From positions 25,896-89,895 of the forward strand of contig SVJC01000001.1 in assembly GCA_015069215.1 (NCBI GenBank): a stretch of 64,000 bases of DNA, given 5' to 3'. The stretch is from Oscillospiraceae bacterium (GTDB lineage: Bacteria > Bacillota > Clostridia > Saccharofermentanales > Saccharofermentanaceae). Position 1 is the stretch's first letter, and the number at the start of each line of letters is the position of its first letter. A program made the translations under genes and the position numbers. The notes beneath the pieces are model-generated. The model ran no database searches. It was not told where the DNA came from and saw nothing but the letters and a program-made list of their open reading frames with translations. Of the stretch, positions 34,331-43,698 are shown in pieces.

Positions 34331-37030
34331 CTATTTCTTAGTTTCGACCCACTTTTTCACGTATTTGTCGTAAGTCTCCTGACTTAAGAGCTTTTTCTCA
34401 TTCAGTTTCTTCAGAGTGCCAACGAGATCATCCTTTCCGCTGTAACCCCTATCCAAAGCCGCACTGTAACAAACTGCGGCTTTGTTATATTCTTTTGCAT
34501 TTTCATAAGCCACGCCTGCATGTCTTGCATACATTGCATTGCTGGTATCAACATCTGCAGCTTTCACAAAGTATTTTCCTGCAGCACTATAATCCTTTTC
34601 ATTAAAGAAACAATAACCTAATCCGCCATATATTTTTTCCATTATATCCTTGTCATCAAATTCAAACTCGGCGGCTTTTAAGAAATATATCTTCGCTTTG
34701 GCATGATCTTTGGCGATAACTCCTTTATCGACTGAATCATCATAATACATCAGGCCAAGTCGGTATGCGGCATATGCGTTTACTTCCCAACCGGATTTAT
34801 CTTCATAGTATTCTCTTGCCTTTACATAATCTCCATCTTTGTAATAAAAGTTGCCGAGATTACCTGCACCGTATTTATTTCCTACAGCTGCAGCTTTTTC
34901 ATAATAATGTTTTGCAGTGTTATCGTCTTCGGTGCCCAACAAACCGTCATCATATATTACTCCAACTTCAACCATGGCATCTGAATCACCCAGATCAGCT
35001 GCTTTCTTGTAATGCTTTAGTGCATTCTCATAATCCGGTTTGTTATCATCAGACAAATTTCCCTCTTTGTACAATGCTCCGAGCTGATAGCTTGCATTGG
35101 CATACCCCTCGTTTTCAGCCATTCTAAAAAATCTTGCGGCTTCGTTATAGTCCTTATCAACCGCCCAACCGTTAGCATAGTATAATCCCACGTTATACAT
35201 CGCAACTTCATCACCGGCATTTACGGCTTTCATATACCATTTAAATGCTTCGTTATTATCCCGTTCTTCTTTTAGAACACCATAGTAATATCCCATCTGG
35301 ATCATACAGCTAGTGCTTCCCAGATCAATACCTTTTTGATAATACTCAAGAGCTTTATCGACATTCTTTTCCTCGCCATACCCATCAAGGTAAATATCGC
35401 CAAGACTGGAATAAGCATCAACATACCCGTTTTCAGCAGCTTTCTCATACCATTGTCTGGCCGCTTTATAGTCATTCTCATCGCCATTTTTGCCATATTC
35501 TCCATTAAGATACATGTTGCCGATTATATTCATGGCATACCCGTCACCGGCATCGGCTGCTTTCTTGTACCAGTTATAGGCCTCGTCGATGTTCTCCTGG
35601 AGAGGATCTTTGCCGTATCTGTATAGTCTGCCTATGTTTCTCATGGCAGTGACATTTCCGGAGTCTGCAGCTTTTCTATAATAATCATAAGCAGTCTGTC
35701 CGTTATGCTCACGCCCGTATCCACTCTCATATGAAACACCCACAGCGTTAAGTGCCGAGATATTTCCAAGCTCAGCAGCCTTATCAAAGTATTTCATTGC
35801 TTCCCTGTAATAATCCTGAGCATGTACATCTTCGCCGCGCGCTGCATATAATCTTGCAATACTGTAATTGGCATCTCCTCTATATGCAGGATAATTTGTC
35901 ATTGCAAGGTTGTAATTCTCGATGGCTTTATCGTAGTCCCTTTCAACACCGGCAAATCCGTTCTTATAAACGTCTCCGATCTTTATGTAAGAAGCAGCAA
36001 CTATTTCTTTATCTGATGAGCCAAGTGCAGCGTTAAAATATTCAAGTGCTTGTTTTGCATCCGCATCTTCTCCGGAAAAGCGACCTGACATTTTCAGGAG
36101 TCCGGCATAGAGTTTTGCTTCTATACAGCCTTGTTTATTTGCCTTATCGATCAATTCGTTTGATTTTTCCAGATCTATCTTTACGCCGTTTCCCGTAAGA
36201 TACAGATAACCCAGTCTTGCAGTTGCACGGTCGCTGCCCTTTTCCATGCCGGTCTCGTATTGTTTCTTGGCTTCTTCATCTTTGTCATCTCTCTCAAGGA
36301 GACGGCCAAGGTAATAATATGCGTCAGGATTCTTCTTGGAAGCCTTCTCGAAATATTCACGGGCCCGTGCATTATCTTCTGTACCACGATATTCGGAATT
36401 ATATGCTTCAATACCAAGAGCCATGTATTTAGACGGATTACCCGCAAACAAGAATGCAAACAGTACTCCGAGCAGTACGAGTAATGCAGCAACTGCCGGA
36501 ATGATTATCTTTAACGGGTTGGTTTTCTTTTTGGGAGCTTTCTTAACCTTGGCGGGGACATCATTCTTCTCAGCCTGAAGATCTCCTGGAGGAGCGATCT
36601 GAAGTATGTTCATGACATACTTTCTCAAGGACTCGATGTTTTGATTTAAAGGGGGCGTGAGAGCATCAAGCCAGTGAACCCTGGAAAGGTAATAACCGAA
36701 TTCGGCATTCATGGTATCTTTGGTCAGTCTGAACGGAACTATTGTCTTTCCCGCATTGAAAGCCACTGCGACTTCATTCATGACCTGCTTGGATTGATTG
36801 GAATCTTCCGTATAAATGAGTATGAATATGTTTGTTTCCTTGATCGCTTCCGTAAGCGCGGTGACCCATCTTGCACCGGGAACTATGTCTCTTGGGGCAT
36901 ACCAGCACTTGATGCCGTGCTGTTCGAAATCAGCAACGATCGCATCTGCGACATTCTTATTCTTGGTTGAATAACTTATGAAAACATCATGCTTATGATT
37001 GCTGATCTTGTTCGCAACGTTCTCTGACAT
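34331..37030 (-). CDS. TIR domain - TM - Sel1-like repeat protein
   Basis: HDVFISYS, CWYAPRDI.PG..W and SNQSKQVMNEV (TIR with conserved Glu), basic KVKKAPKKK, one TM, then roughly 15 or more Sel1-like repeats (A...LG..Y..G.G...D...A..WY.KAA..G). Confidence 0.92.
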   Translation of the reverse strand: MSENVANKISNHKHDVFISYSTKNKNVADAIVADFEQHGIKCWYAPRDIVPGARWVTALTEAIKETNIFILIYTEDSNQSKQVMNEVAVAFNAGKTIVPFRLTKDTMNAEFGYYLSRVHWLDALTPPLNQNIESLRKYVMNILQIAPPGDLQAEKNDVPAKVKKAPKKKTNPLKIIIPAVAALLVLLGVLFAFLFAGNPSKYMALGIEAYNSEYRGTEDNARAREYFEKASKKNPDAYYYLGRLLERDDKDEEAKKQYETGMEKGSDRATARLGYLYLTGNGVKIDLEKSNELIDKANKQGCIEAKLYAGLLKMSGRFSGEDADAKQALEYFNAALGSSDKEIVAASYIKIGDVYKNGFAGVERDYDKAIENYNLAMTNYPAYRGDANYSIARLYAARGEDVHAQDYYREAMKYFDKAAELGNISALNAVGVSYESGYGREHNGQTAYDYYRKAADSGNVTAMRNIGRLYRYGKDPLQENIDEAYNWYKKAADAGDGYAMNIIGNMYLNGEYGKNGDENDYKAARQWYEKAAENGYVDAYSSLGDIYLDGYGEEKNVDKALEYYQKGIDLGSTSCMIQMGYYYGVLKEERDNNEAFKWYMKAVNAGDEVAMYNVGLYYANGWAVDKDYNEAARFFRMAENEGYANASYQLGALYKEGNLSDDNKPDYENALKHYKKAADLGDSDAMVEVGVIYDDGLLGTEDDNTAKHYYEKAAAVGNKYGAGNLGNFYYKDGDYVKAREYYEDKSGWEVNAYAAYRLGLMYYDDSVDKGVIAKDHAKAKIYFLKAAEFEFDDKDIMEKIYGGLGYCFFNEKDYSAAGKYFVKAADVDTSNAMYARHAGVAYENAKEYNKAAVCYSAALDRGYSGKDDLVGTLKKLNEKKLLSQETYDKYVKKWVETKK

Positions 37031-37109
37031 ACATACCCTCCTGCTCCGCCACCCAAGGCCGTCTGAAAAAGAAACTCAGACAAGGGTATTATACCACTCG
37101 GCTAAATTA

Positions 37110-38864
37110 TTATTGAGGATTCACAGGCTGACCGGCATCGACAGATTCCATGAGCTTGCTCACCTTCTCGGGCGACATGGGCTTGCCCCAGATATAACCT
37201 TGGATGTAATCGCACCCGATGGCCTTCAGTTCGTCGAGCTGTTCCTGCGATTCAACGCCTTCGGATATGACCTTCAGGCCAAGGATATGTCCGAGCGAAA
37301 TGATCATGGAAACATACTGCTTTGAAGAATCGCTGTCATCCATCTTGTCTATGAAGGCCTTGTCGATCTTAAGCAGATCGGAAGGAATGCTGTTCAGATA
37401 ACTGAGCGATGAGTAGCCTGTTCCGAAATCGTCGATTGCGATCTTCATGCCCATCTTCTTGATCTCTTCGATGCGCCACAGAGCCTTTTCCGCAGAGTCG
37501 ATCATGATGGATTCGGTAATCTCGATCTCGATCCTGTGCGGAGGAAAACCCGTTTCGGAGATTACCCTTCTGATCTCTTCCATGAAATTGTTCTTCATGA
37601 GGTGCCTGACGGAGACATTGATGCTGAGCAGAAAGTCGTGATTTTCGGCATTCGGAAGAGAAGCCAGCAAAGACGCTGCCATTTCAAACACGCCGAGATC
37701 GATACGGTCAATAAGGCCTGTCTTCTCCGCGACGGGAATGAACTCAACGGGGCTGATATATGAACCGTCATCGTCCTTCATGCGGGCCAGCGCTTCAAAG
37801 CCGCGGAGATTATGCTCGAGGTCATATTGTGGCTGAAGATTGAAAAGGAGCTTGCCTGAGCTCAAGCAAGAACGGATCTTACGCTCGATCTCCAGATCTT
37901 TTTCGGAATTCAGTACGGAATGATTGAATCTCAGGATCCTGCTTCCGCTTCCCTTTTTCTTGACTTCGTGAAGAGCGGAATCCGAGAAAAGATAAAGGTT
38001 CTCTATGACGTCACTGTCATCCGGGCATGTGGTATATCCGAAGCACGCCGTCAGATAGTAATCGCAGTCATCGATCGTGATCTTTCTCTCGAGTTCATCC
38101 TTGTAAGCATCAATGGTCTTCTTATAGGCTTCAGACGAACCTGTTCCGGTGATTATCAGGTAGAATTCGTCACCGCTGGTCCTTCCGACAAAATCCGTAG
38201 TTCCGGTCTTGTGAGAATCCGCAAGGGTTCTCCATCTGTCAGCTATCTCTCTTAAGACGTTGTCACCTGTCTCATGACCCATTGTGTCGTTTATGCTCTT
38301 GAAGTTGTTGATGTCGATGGAGACAAGGGCAAACTTCTCGGAATTCTTAATGAGGTCCTGCATGAGCTCGCCGCCGGCGAACCTGTTGGGGAGCCCCGTG
38401 ATCCTGTCTGTTACGGCCTGCTCGCGGATGCTGTTCTGATATAAAGTGATCCTACGGCTTCCAAGATAGATGATCGTTACGGAGATCGTGACAAGTATAT
38501 TGGAAAATATGCCCGGAATGTTCCTGTAATTGCGCAGTCTGATTATGTTCATGAGTATTCCGGGGAACTGTATCGAAAGCAATGCCAGGGCAAGAATAAA
38601 GCCCGCTTTGCGGAACAGCAGGACCATACAGATCAGGCAGATGTTCGAAAGCGAGGAAAAGACACCCGTGAAAGAACTGATATCAAGAGTTACGCCAAAC
38701 AAAACGACGGTCCCGTGCGCCTTGGCCGTAATTACGACCATGTAATATGAGATCGCGTACAAAAGAGCGAGCAAGATAAAAGCACTCTTCGGGGTTTCTC
38801 TTTTCAAAGAGATCTTCCGAAGAGTGTTTTTAATGTTACCCTTGTCGGTTTTGGTCTTTACCAC
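37110..38864 (-). CDS. Membrane GGDEF-EAL protein
   Basis: About 4 TMs, DRITGLPNR, RTSGDEF, GFEALAR, EITES, IDDFGTGYSSLSYL, LKIDK, EGVE and QGY. Confidence 0.92.
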   Translation of the reverse strand: MVKTKTDKGNIKNTLRKISLKRETPKSAFILLALLYAISYYMVVITAKAHGTVVLFGVTLDISSFTGVFSSLSNICLICMVLLFRKAGFILALALLSIQFPGILMNIIRLRNYRNIPGIFSNILVTISVTIIYLGSRRITLYQNSIREQAVTDRITGLPNRFAGGELMQDLIKNSEKFALVSIDINNFKSINDTMGHETGDNVLREIADRWRTLADSHKTGTTDFVGRTSGDEFYLIITGTGSSEAYKKTIDAYKDELERKITIDDCDYYLTACFGYTTCPDDSDVIENLYLFSDSALHEVKKKGSGSRILRFNHSVLNSEKDLEIERKIRSCLSSGKLLFNLQPQYDLEHNLRGFEALARMKDDDGSYISPVEFIPVAEKTGLIDRIDLGVFEMAASLLASLPNAENHDFLLSINVSVRHLMKNNFMEEIRRVISETGFPPHRIEIEITESIMIDSAEKALWRIEEIKKMGMKIAIDDFGTGYSSLSYLNSIPSDLLKIDKAFIDKMDDSDSSKQYVSMIISLGHILGLKVISEGVESQEQLDELKAIGCDYIQGYIWGKPMSPEKVSKLMESVDAGQPVNPQ

Positions 38865-38986
38865 GGGGTTTCCTCACACACATCAAAAGGATTGATTCCA
38901 TTATATATGTGAGATTTTTGAAAAGGTGTTAATAAACACTTCAGAAGTTTCGGAAGTGATTATAAACTGTTAATAATCCGTGACTG

Positions 38987-39634
38987 TCAGACCTTAAAGC
39001 ACTTAAAGACCGCTTTTTCCGAACCGAGAACCAATACCGATGTGTCCGGCTCGAAAACCGTATCAGGCGAGATCATCATGTTCAGCTTTTCATTCTTCAT
39101 TATTCCGAGGATGTTTATGCCGAATCTTCTTCTGATATCAACCTCAATGACCGTGCTGCCATACCATTCTGCAGGAACTGCCATCTCATAGATCGCATAT
39201 TCGCTGTTGATCGCTATGTAATCCATAATGGCGTCTGAAGTGCATGTGATGGCAGTCCATCCCGCTATCTTCTTTTCGGGATATACGACTTCGTCAGCAC
39301 CGTTTCTTAAAAGTATCTTTTCCTGTGTACCTTTGGAAGCACGCGCAATGACCTTCTTGGCTCCGAGTTCCTTCAGGAGGAACGCTGTCTCGAGTGAGTT
39401 CTGGAAATCATCGCCGATCGCTACGATGCAGGCATCATAGTTATCAACTCCGAGCGAACGCATGAACTCCTCGTTGGTGCTGTCGCCTATCTGCGCGTTG
39501 GTAACGTAAGGCAGTATGGCATTGACGCGCTCCTCGTCGTTGTCTATGGCCATGACCTCGTGGTGCATGCTGTTGAGCTTCAATGCAATATACTTGCCGA
39601 AACGTCCGAGTCCGATCAATAAGATTGATTTCAT
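38987..39634 (-). CDS. ktrA: K+ uptake regulatory subunit (TrkA/KtrA, RCK)
   Basis: LIGLGRFG, GDST, VAIGDD, ARA and VVYPE. Confidence 0.9.
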   Translation of the reverse strand: MKSILLIGLGRFGKYIALKLNSMHHEVMAIDNDEERVNAILPYVTNAQIGDSTNEEFMRSLGVDNYDACIVAIGDDFQNSLETAFLLKELGAKKVIARASKGTQEKILLRNGADEVVYPEKKIAGWTAITCTSDAIMDYIAINSEYAIYEMAVPAEWYGSTVIEVDIRRRFGINILGIMKNEKLNMMISPDTVFEPDTSVLVLGSEKAVFKCFKV

Positions 39635-39644
39635 AATCTCCTCC

Positions 39645-40970
39645 TTATCCTACAGTCAGTTTTTCCTGGGGTAATTTGGACAGATTGCCCTGACTTGTCA
39701 CAGCAGAGAAGATCAAGGTAAGTCCGCCAACTCTTCCTATGTACATGAGAATTATCAGTATCACACGTGAGAATATGGAAAGGCCCGGCGTGATGCCCAA
39801 TGTGAGACCAACCGTGCCTACCGCAGATGCGGTCTCAAACAGACAGGTCATCAACGGAAGACCTTCAACGGCGCTGATGGCTACGCCGCCCGTAACGAAA
39901 AGGATGAGGTACATCGTCACGATCGCGATCGCGTTGCGGAGAACGCTGTCCGGTATGGTCCTGCCGCCGAAAACAGTATGCTCCTTACGTCTGAAGACCG
40001 AGAATGCAGTCAGGACCACCACTGCAAATGTGGTCGTCTTCATACCGCCGGCCGTAGATCCCGGAGAACCTCCGATGAGCATGAGCACGATCATGAAAGT
40101 AAGACCGCCTGATTTGAGCTTCGTCAGATCAAGGGTGTTAAAGCCTGCCGTTCTTGTGGTTACGGACTGGAAGATGGCACCCCAGATCCTTGTGCCCACA
40201 GCCGTATCCTTAAACTCGAAAAAGAAGAAATACAGTGCAGGAACGGTGATCAGAACCAGTGTCGTAAGCAGTACGAGCTTGGACTGCATGCGGTATTTGT
40301 GAAGATGGAACTTGTTTGTCTTAACGTCTTCCCAGACAAGGAAACCTATACCGCCGATTATGATCAGGAGCATAATGACCACATTGACAAGCGGGTGACC
40401 GGGGAAATAAGTCAGTGACGAGAATTTCTCTTTGGCGCCCATCAGGTCAAATCCCGCATTGCAGAATGCGGAGACTGAATGGAAGACTGAATACCAGATG
40501 CCCTTGCCTACGCCGAATTCCTTGATGAACACAGGTGCAAGGAGCATTGCTCCGGTCAGTTCGATGATGCCCGTGATCTTTAAGATAAATCCCGTGAGCT
40601 TGACGATGCCGCCCATCTGCGGAGCTGAGATCGCTTCCTGCATGGTGCTGCGCTGCATGAGTCCGATCTTTCTTCCGGAAATGACCGATATCGCGACTGC
40701 CATCGTAACAACGCCCATGCCGCCGATCTGGATAAGCGTCAGGATTATCGCCTGTCCGAATCCTGACCAATAGGTTGCGGTATCCTGGACTATCAGTCCC
40801 GTAACGCAGACGGCAGATGTTGCGGTGAAGATCGCGTCGGCAAAAGTTGCGCCCTGTCCGTCCGCAGTCGCGAACGGCAGCATAAGAAGCAAAGCTCCGA
40901 GAAGGATCGCTCCCAGGAAGCCTAAGATTATTATTTGCGATGATGTAAGCTTTTTAGGAGCCCACGCCAT
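39645..40970 (-). CDS. ktrB: K+ uptake membrane subunit (TrkH/KtrB)
   Basis: FTATSAVCVTGL, SAFCNAGF, TTRTAGF, GGSPGSTAGGMK and ETASAVGTVGL. Confidence 0.92.
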   Translation of the reverse strand: MAWAPKKLTSSQIIILGFLGAILLGALLLMLPFATADGQGATFADAIFTATSAVCVTGLIVQDTATYWSGFGQAIILTLIQIGGMGVVTMAVAISVISGRKIGLMQRSTMQEAISAPQMGGIVKLTGFILKITGIIELTGAMLLAPVFIKEFGVGKGIWYSVFHSVSAFCNAGFDLMGAKEKFSSLTYFPGHPLVNVVIMLLIIIGGIGFLVWEDVKTNKFHLHKYRMQSKLVLLTTLVLITVPALYFFFFEFKDTAVGTRIWGAIFQSVTTRTAGFNTLDLTKLKSGGLTFMIVLMLIGGSPGSTAGGMKTTTFAVVVLTAFSVFRRKEHTVFGGRTIPDSVLRNAIAIVTMYLILFVTGGVAISAVEGLPLMTCLFETASAVGTVGLTLGITPGLSIFSRVILIILMYIGRVGGLTLIFSAVTSQGNLSKLPQEKLTVG

Positions 40971-41074
40971 ATATTTTCCTCCAGGGGGACACCCGGATAT
41001 CCGAATTAGAAGAGTCCCTTAATCTACTTGTGAAGTATAACACTAAATAATAAATTCAGAGAAAACCCTCCGGG

Positions 41075-41992
41075 TCAGAGCCATTTCTTCCGTTTGAAGA
41101 AGATAAGGCTGATTATGACGATCATTACGGATACGCCGATTACGATCGGATAAGCGATCGGAGACTGGAATTCGGGCATGTAGACAAAGTTCATTCCGTA
41201 CCAGCCCGCAATGAGCGTAAGCGGCATGAAGATACTCGTAATTACCGTGAGGATCGTCATTATCTTGTTCTGCTTGAGGTCGATCTGCGCCTGGCTAAGA
41301 TCCCTTATCTGAGCCGTATAGTCTGCAAGCGATGTCGTCATGTCGTAAAGCGTCCTGACGCGCTGGGCAACCAGGTGGAAATATCTTTCGTTGTCTTCTT
41401 TGAAGAACTCGTTCTCGTTTTCTTCCAGCTCCTGGCTGAGATCCAGAAGCTGCGCATAGTGGATCCTGAGATCTCTGATCTGGCTCCTGATGTCACTGAG
41501 TTCGATTATCGATTCCTCCGCCTCACCCTTCAGGATGTCGTCTTCCATTGCATCGAGCTTTATCTCGAACTTCTCGAGGATCTTATAGTCCCTGTGGATT
41601 ATGCTCTCCAGAAAATCGTATAAGAACTTCTCAAGGCAGGGGTTGATGTATTTCTTGGTTTTAGCGATCCTCTCGATTATCTTTGACGCGAAGCCCTCAT
41701 CGTCAATGAAGACGATACCCTTCTCGTCCAGAGCGAACGCGAAATTGTGGTAGACCTCGTTGATCTTGTCACGGCTCGGGATGCAGAATGTTCCGGTAAG
41801 CGAATCGATGTTCACTTCACAGCCGGTATTTGAGATATCGTCAAGATTGATATCCCACTCGATACCCATGTCGAACTTGCGGTTGGAATTGATCCACTCC
41901 TCGGATCCGATGACGGCAACATACTGAAACGGGATGTTGTCAAACGTTTTAGGCTCGAAAGGCTCGATCCTCTCCCCTATCTTGTAGTACAT
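41075..41992 (-). CDS. corA: CorA family Mg2+/Co2+ transporter
   Basis: MTILTVITSIFMPLTLIAGWYGMNF signature with two C-terminal TMs. Start at ATG 41992. Confidence 0.9.
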   Translation of the reverse strand: MYYKIGERIEPFEPKTFDNIPFQYVAVIGSEEWINSNRKFDMGIEWDINLDDISNTGCEVNIDSLTGTFCIPSRDKINEVYHNFAFALDEKGIVFIDDEGFASKIIERIAKTKKYINPCLEKFLYDFLESIIHRDYKILEKFEIKLDAMEDDILKGEAEESIIELSDIRSQIRDLRIHYAQLLDLSQELEENENEFFKEDNERYFHLVAQRVRTLYDMTTSLADYTAQIRDLSQAQIDLKQNKIMTILTVITSIFMPLTLIAGWYGMNFVYMPEFQSPIAYPIVIGVSVMIVIISLIFFKRKKWL

Positions 41993-42060
41993 AAAGCTCT
42001 CCAGTCCGGTTACTCTCCGGTTACTCTTTATTAAATATAAAGAGTTTACCACAGAGGGCA

Positions 42061-42492
42061 TTATCTGTTATCTGTTTTCTGTTTTTCGATCATCTGTGCC
42101 ATCGAAAGGAAGTACTCAGGCTTCAAAATGGCCAGTCCCTGACCTTCATCACCGACTATGACGAGCTGGTCACCCGCATTTATCTCGAAAAGCTTGCGGG
42201 CCTTGGCAGGGATCACGATCTGGCCCTTGTCGCCGACCGTGACCAGTCCGAACATGTGCTTTCCTTTGGGAGGCACTTCCATTCCCAGATTCTCGTCAGG
42301 TTCATAGTTCGCCAGATCGTCCAAAGATACGCCGAAAAGCTCCGCCAGAAGCCTGCATTTCTCCAGATCGGGAACTGTCTCGCCCGATTCCCATTTTGCC
42401 ACGGACTGCCTGGTGACTCCGATCTTGTCGGCAACGTCTTCCTGCGTAAGCTGTTTTATCTTGCGCAGATGGATAATATTATCTTTGAACAT
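42061..42492 (-). CDS. XRE HTH - AbrB/SpoVT fusion regulator
   Basis: LTQEDVADKIGVTRQSVAKWE.G...PD, then FGLVTVGDKGQIVIPAKAR. Confidence 0.9.
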   Translation of the reverse strand: MFKDNIIHLRKIKQLTQEDVADKIGVTRQSVAKWESGETVPDLEKCRLLAELFGVSLDDLANYEPDENLGMEVPPKGKHMFGLVTVGDKGQIVIPAKARKLFEINAGDQLVIVGDEGQGLAILKPEYFLSMAQMIEKQKTDNR

Positions 42493-43585
42493 TCTTTTTC
42501 TCCTTCTTGATGCCCAGCAGCGCCCAGCGGAAGAACGGGATCCTCGAAAAGATCTCATAGAGGCCGTAACCGAACGCGAATCCTGCTATCAAGCTGATGA
42601 TATAGCAAAGAGGCGCAGGCAACAACATGTGCTTGGCAAAGATAAGCGCCATCGACGAGATGCCGAGATAGTGGAAGACATAGAGCCCGAAGCTCCTCTT
42701 GTTCATCCATCCGGTGAGCCTGTTGCTGATGTCGCCAAACTTTGCAAAGCCGGCGATCATGGCAAGGGAACCGAAATAAGCGCATGCCACATATAAAGGT
42801 CCCACGTTGACGGGCTTGTCCGCATAGTTCATTCCGCCCTTTACCCAGAAGTAGATGACCGTGAATGCGATGCATAAAGCTGCACCTGCCGCTATGAACC
42901 ATACCGCATATTTCTTAAGCTTTTCGATGACCTGATCATTTGAGAATACGTAATATCCGATCAGGTAGAAAGCCAGATAAAATCCGAATCTATAGACCGA
43001 GACTATCGGCGCGTTAAGGATCTGCGCAGCTCCCCACAGCGGGAAGAAGAGCAGGATGATGAGCCAGATTGGCGTTTTTGCTCCAAGATCCAACAGACGG
43101 CCTTTCTCGATCTTGCGGATCAATACCAGGATAAGGCTGTAGATCCACAGAAGATGGCAGAACCAGAGCACTCCGCTTCCCGAAGCGACCATTATCATGA
43201 ATATGACAGGAGCCGGAACATTCGCCTTTGCCAGCTCTGTGAACGCATCGCCAAATGACATGCTGACATAACCCTGTACAACGTGAAAAACAAGAACACC
43301 GATCGTCGAAGGGACCAGGAGCTTTCTCGTCCTGCTCCTTATGAATTCCTTTGCGGTATGCTTATCGAGCACGATCCTCGAGCTGATTCCCGCAACGATA
43401 TAGAGCACGGGCATTATCCACGGATAAACGAGATACATAAAAGCGTCGTAGTGCTGCACACTTAAGTTTGTGATCTTTCCGGCGCCGCCCAATATGCCTT
43501 CCGCGTTGTACATGTAAAGGACGTGATAGAGCACGACCACAACGACCGTCACCCATCTGATGTTGTCTAAATAGTGTTTTCTCAT
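42479..43585 (-). CDS. Acyltransferase-3 family membrane protein
   Basis: HYLDNIRW..V..VV.YH, FIRSRTRKLLVP, LWF and SFGLYVFH; multi-TM. Confidence 0.88.
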   Translation of the reverse strand: MRKHYLDNIRWVTVVVVVLYHVLYMYNAEGILGGAGKITNLSVQHYDAFMYLVYPWIMPVLYIVAGISSRIVLDKHTAKEFIRSRTRKLLVPSTIGVLVFHVVQGYVSMSFGDAFTELAKANVPAPVIFMIMVASGSGVLWFCHLLWIYSLILVLIRKIEKGRLLDLGAKTPIWLIILLFFPLWGAAQILNAPIVSVYRFGFYLAFYLIGYYVFSNDQVIEKLKKYAVWFIAAGAALCIAFTVIYFWVKGGMNYADKPVNVGPLYVACAYFGSLAMIAGFAKFGDISNRLTGWMNKRSFGLYVFHYLGISSMALIFAKHMLLPAPLCYIISLIAGFAFGYGLYEIFSRIPFFRWALLGIKKEKKNVQR

Positions 43586-43594
43586 ACTATTCCC

Positions 43595-43693
43595 ACCTTT
43601 GCAAATATTCCTGACATAAGTCTAAACGCAAAGGTATGGGCAGTCCACCAACCAAAACTTACATTCCGATGAGATCCGGGTAAGTTTTAGTTG
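43595..43693. repeat. Two inverted repeats upstream of the acyltransferase-XRE operon
   Basis: ACCTTTGC-N25-GCAAAGGT (43595-43635, one arm overlaps the RBS) and CAACCAAAACTTAC-N17-GTAAGTTTTAGTTG (43649-43693). Confidence 0.6.
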
Positions 43694-43698
43694 CGGGG

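Noticed and set aside
40971-41074. c-di-AMP (ydaO) riboswitch ahead of ktrB
   Set aside because: The region is too short and lacks the GCUGAA and GGGG..AAU conserved blocks; it has only a small GGGAC/GTCCC stem.
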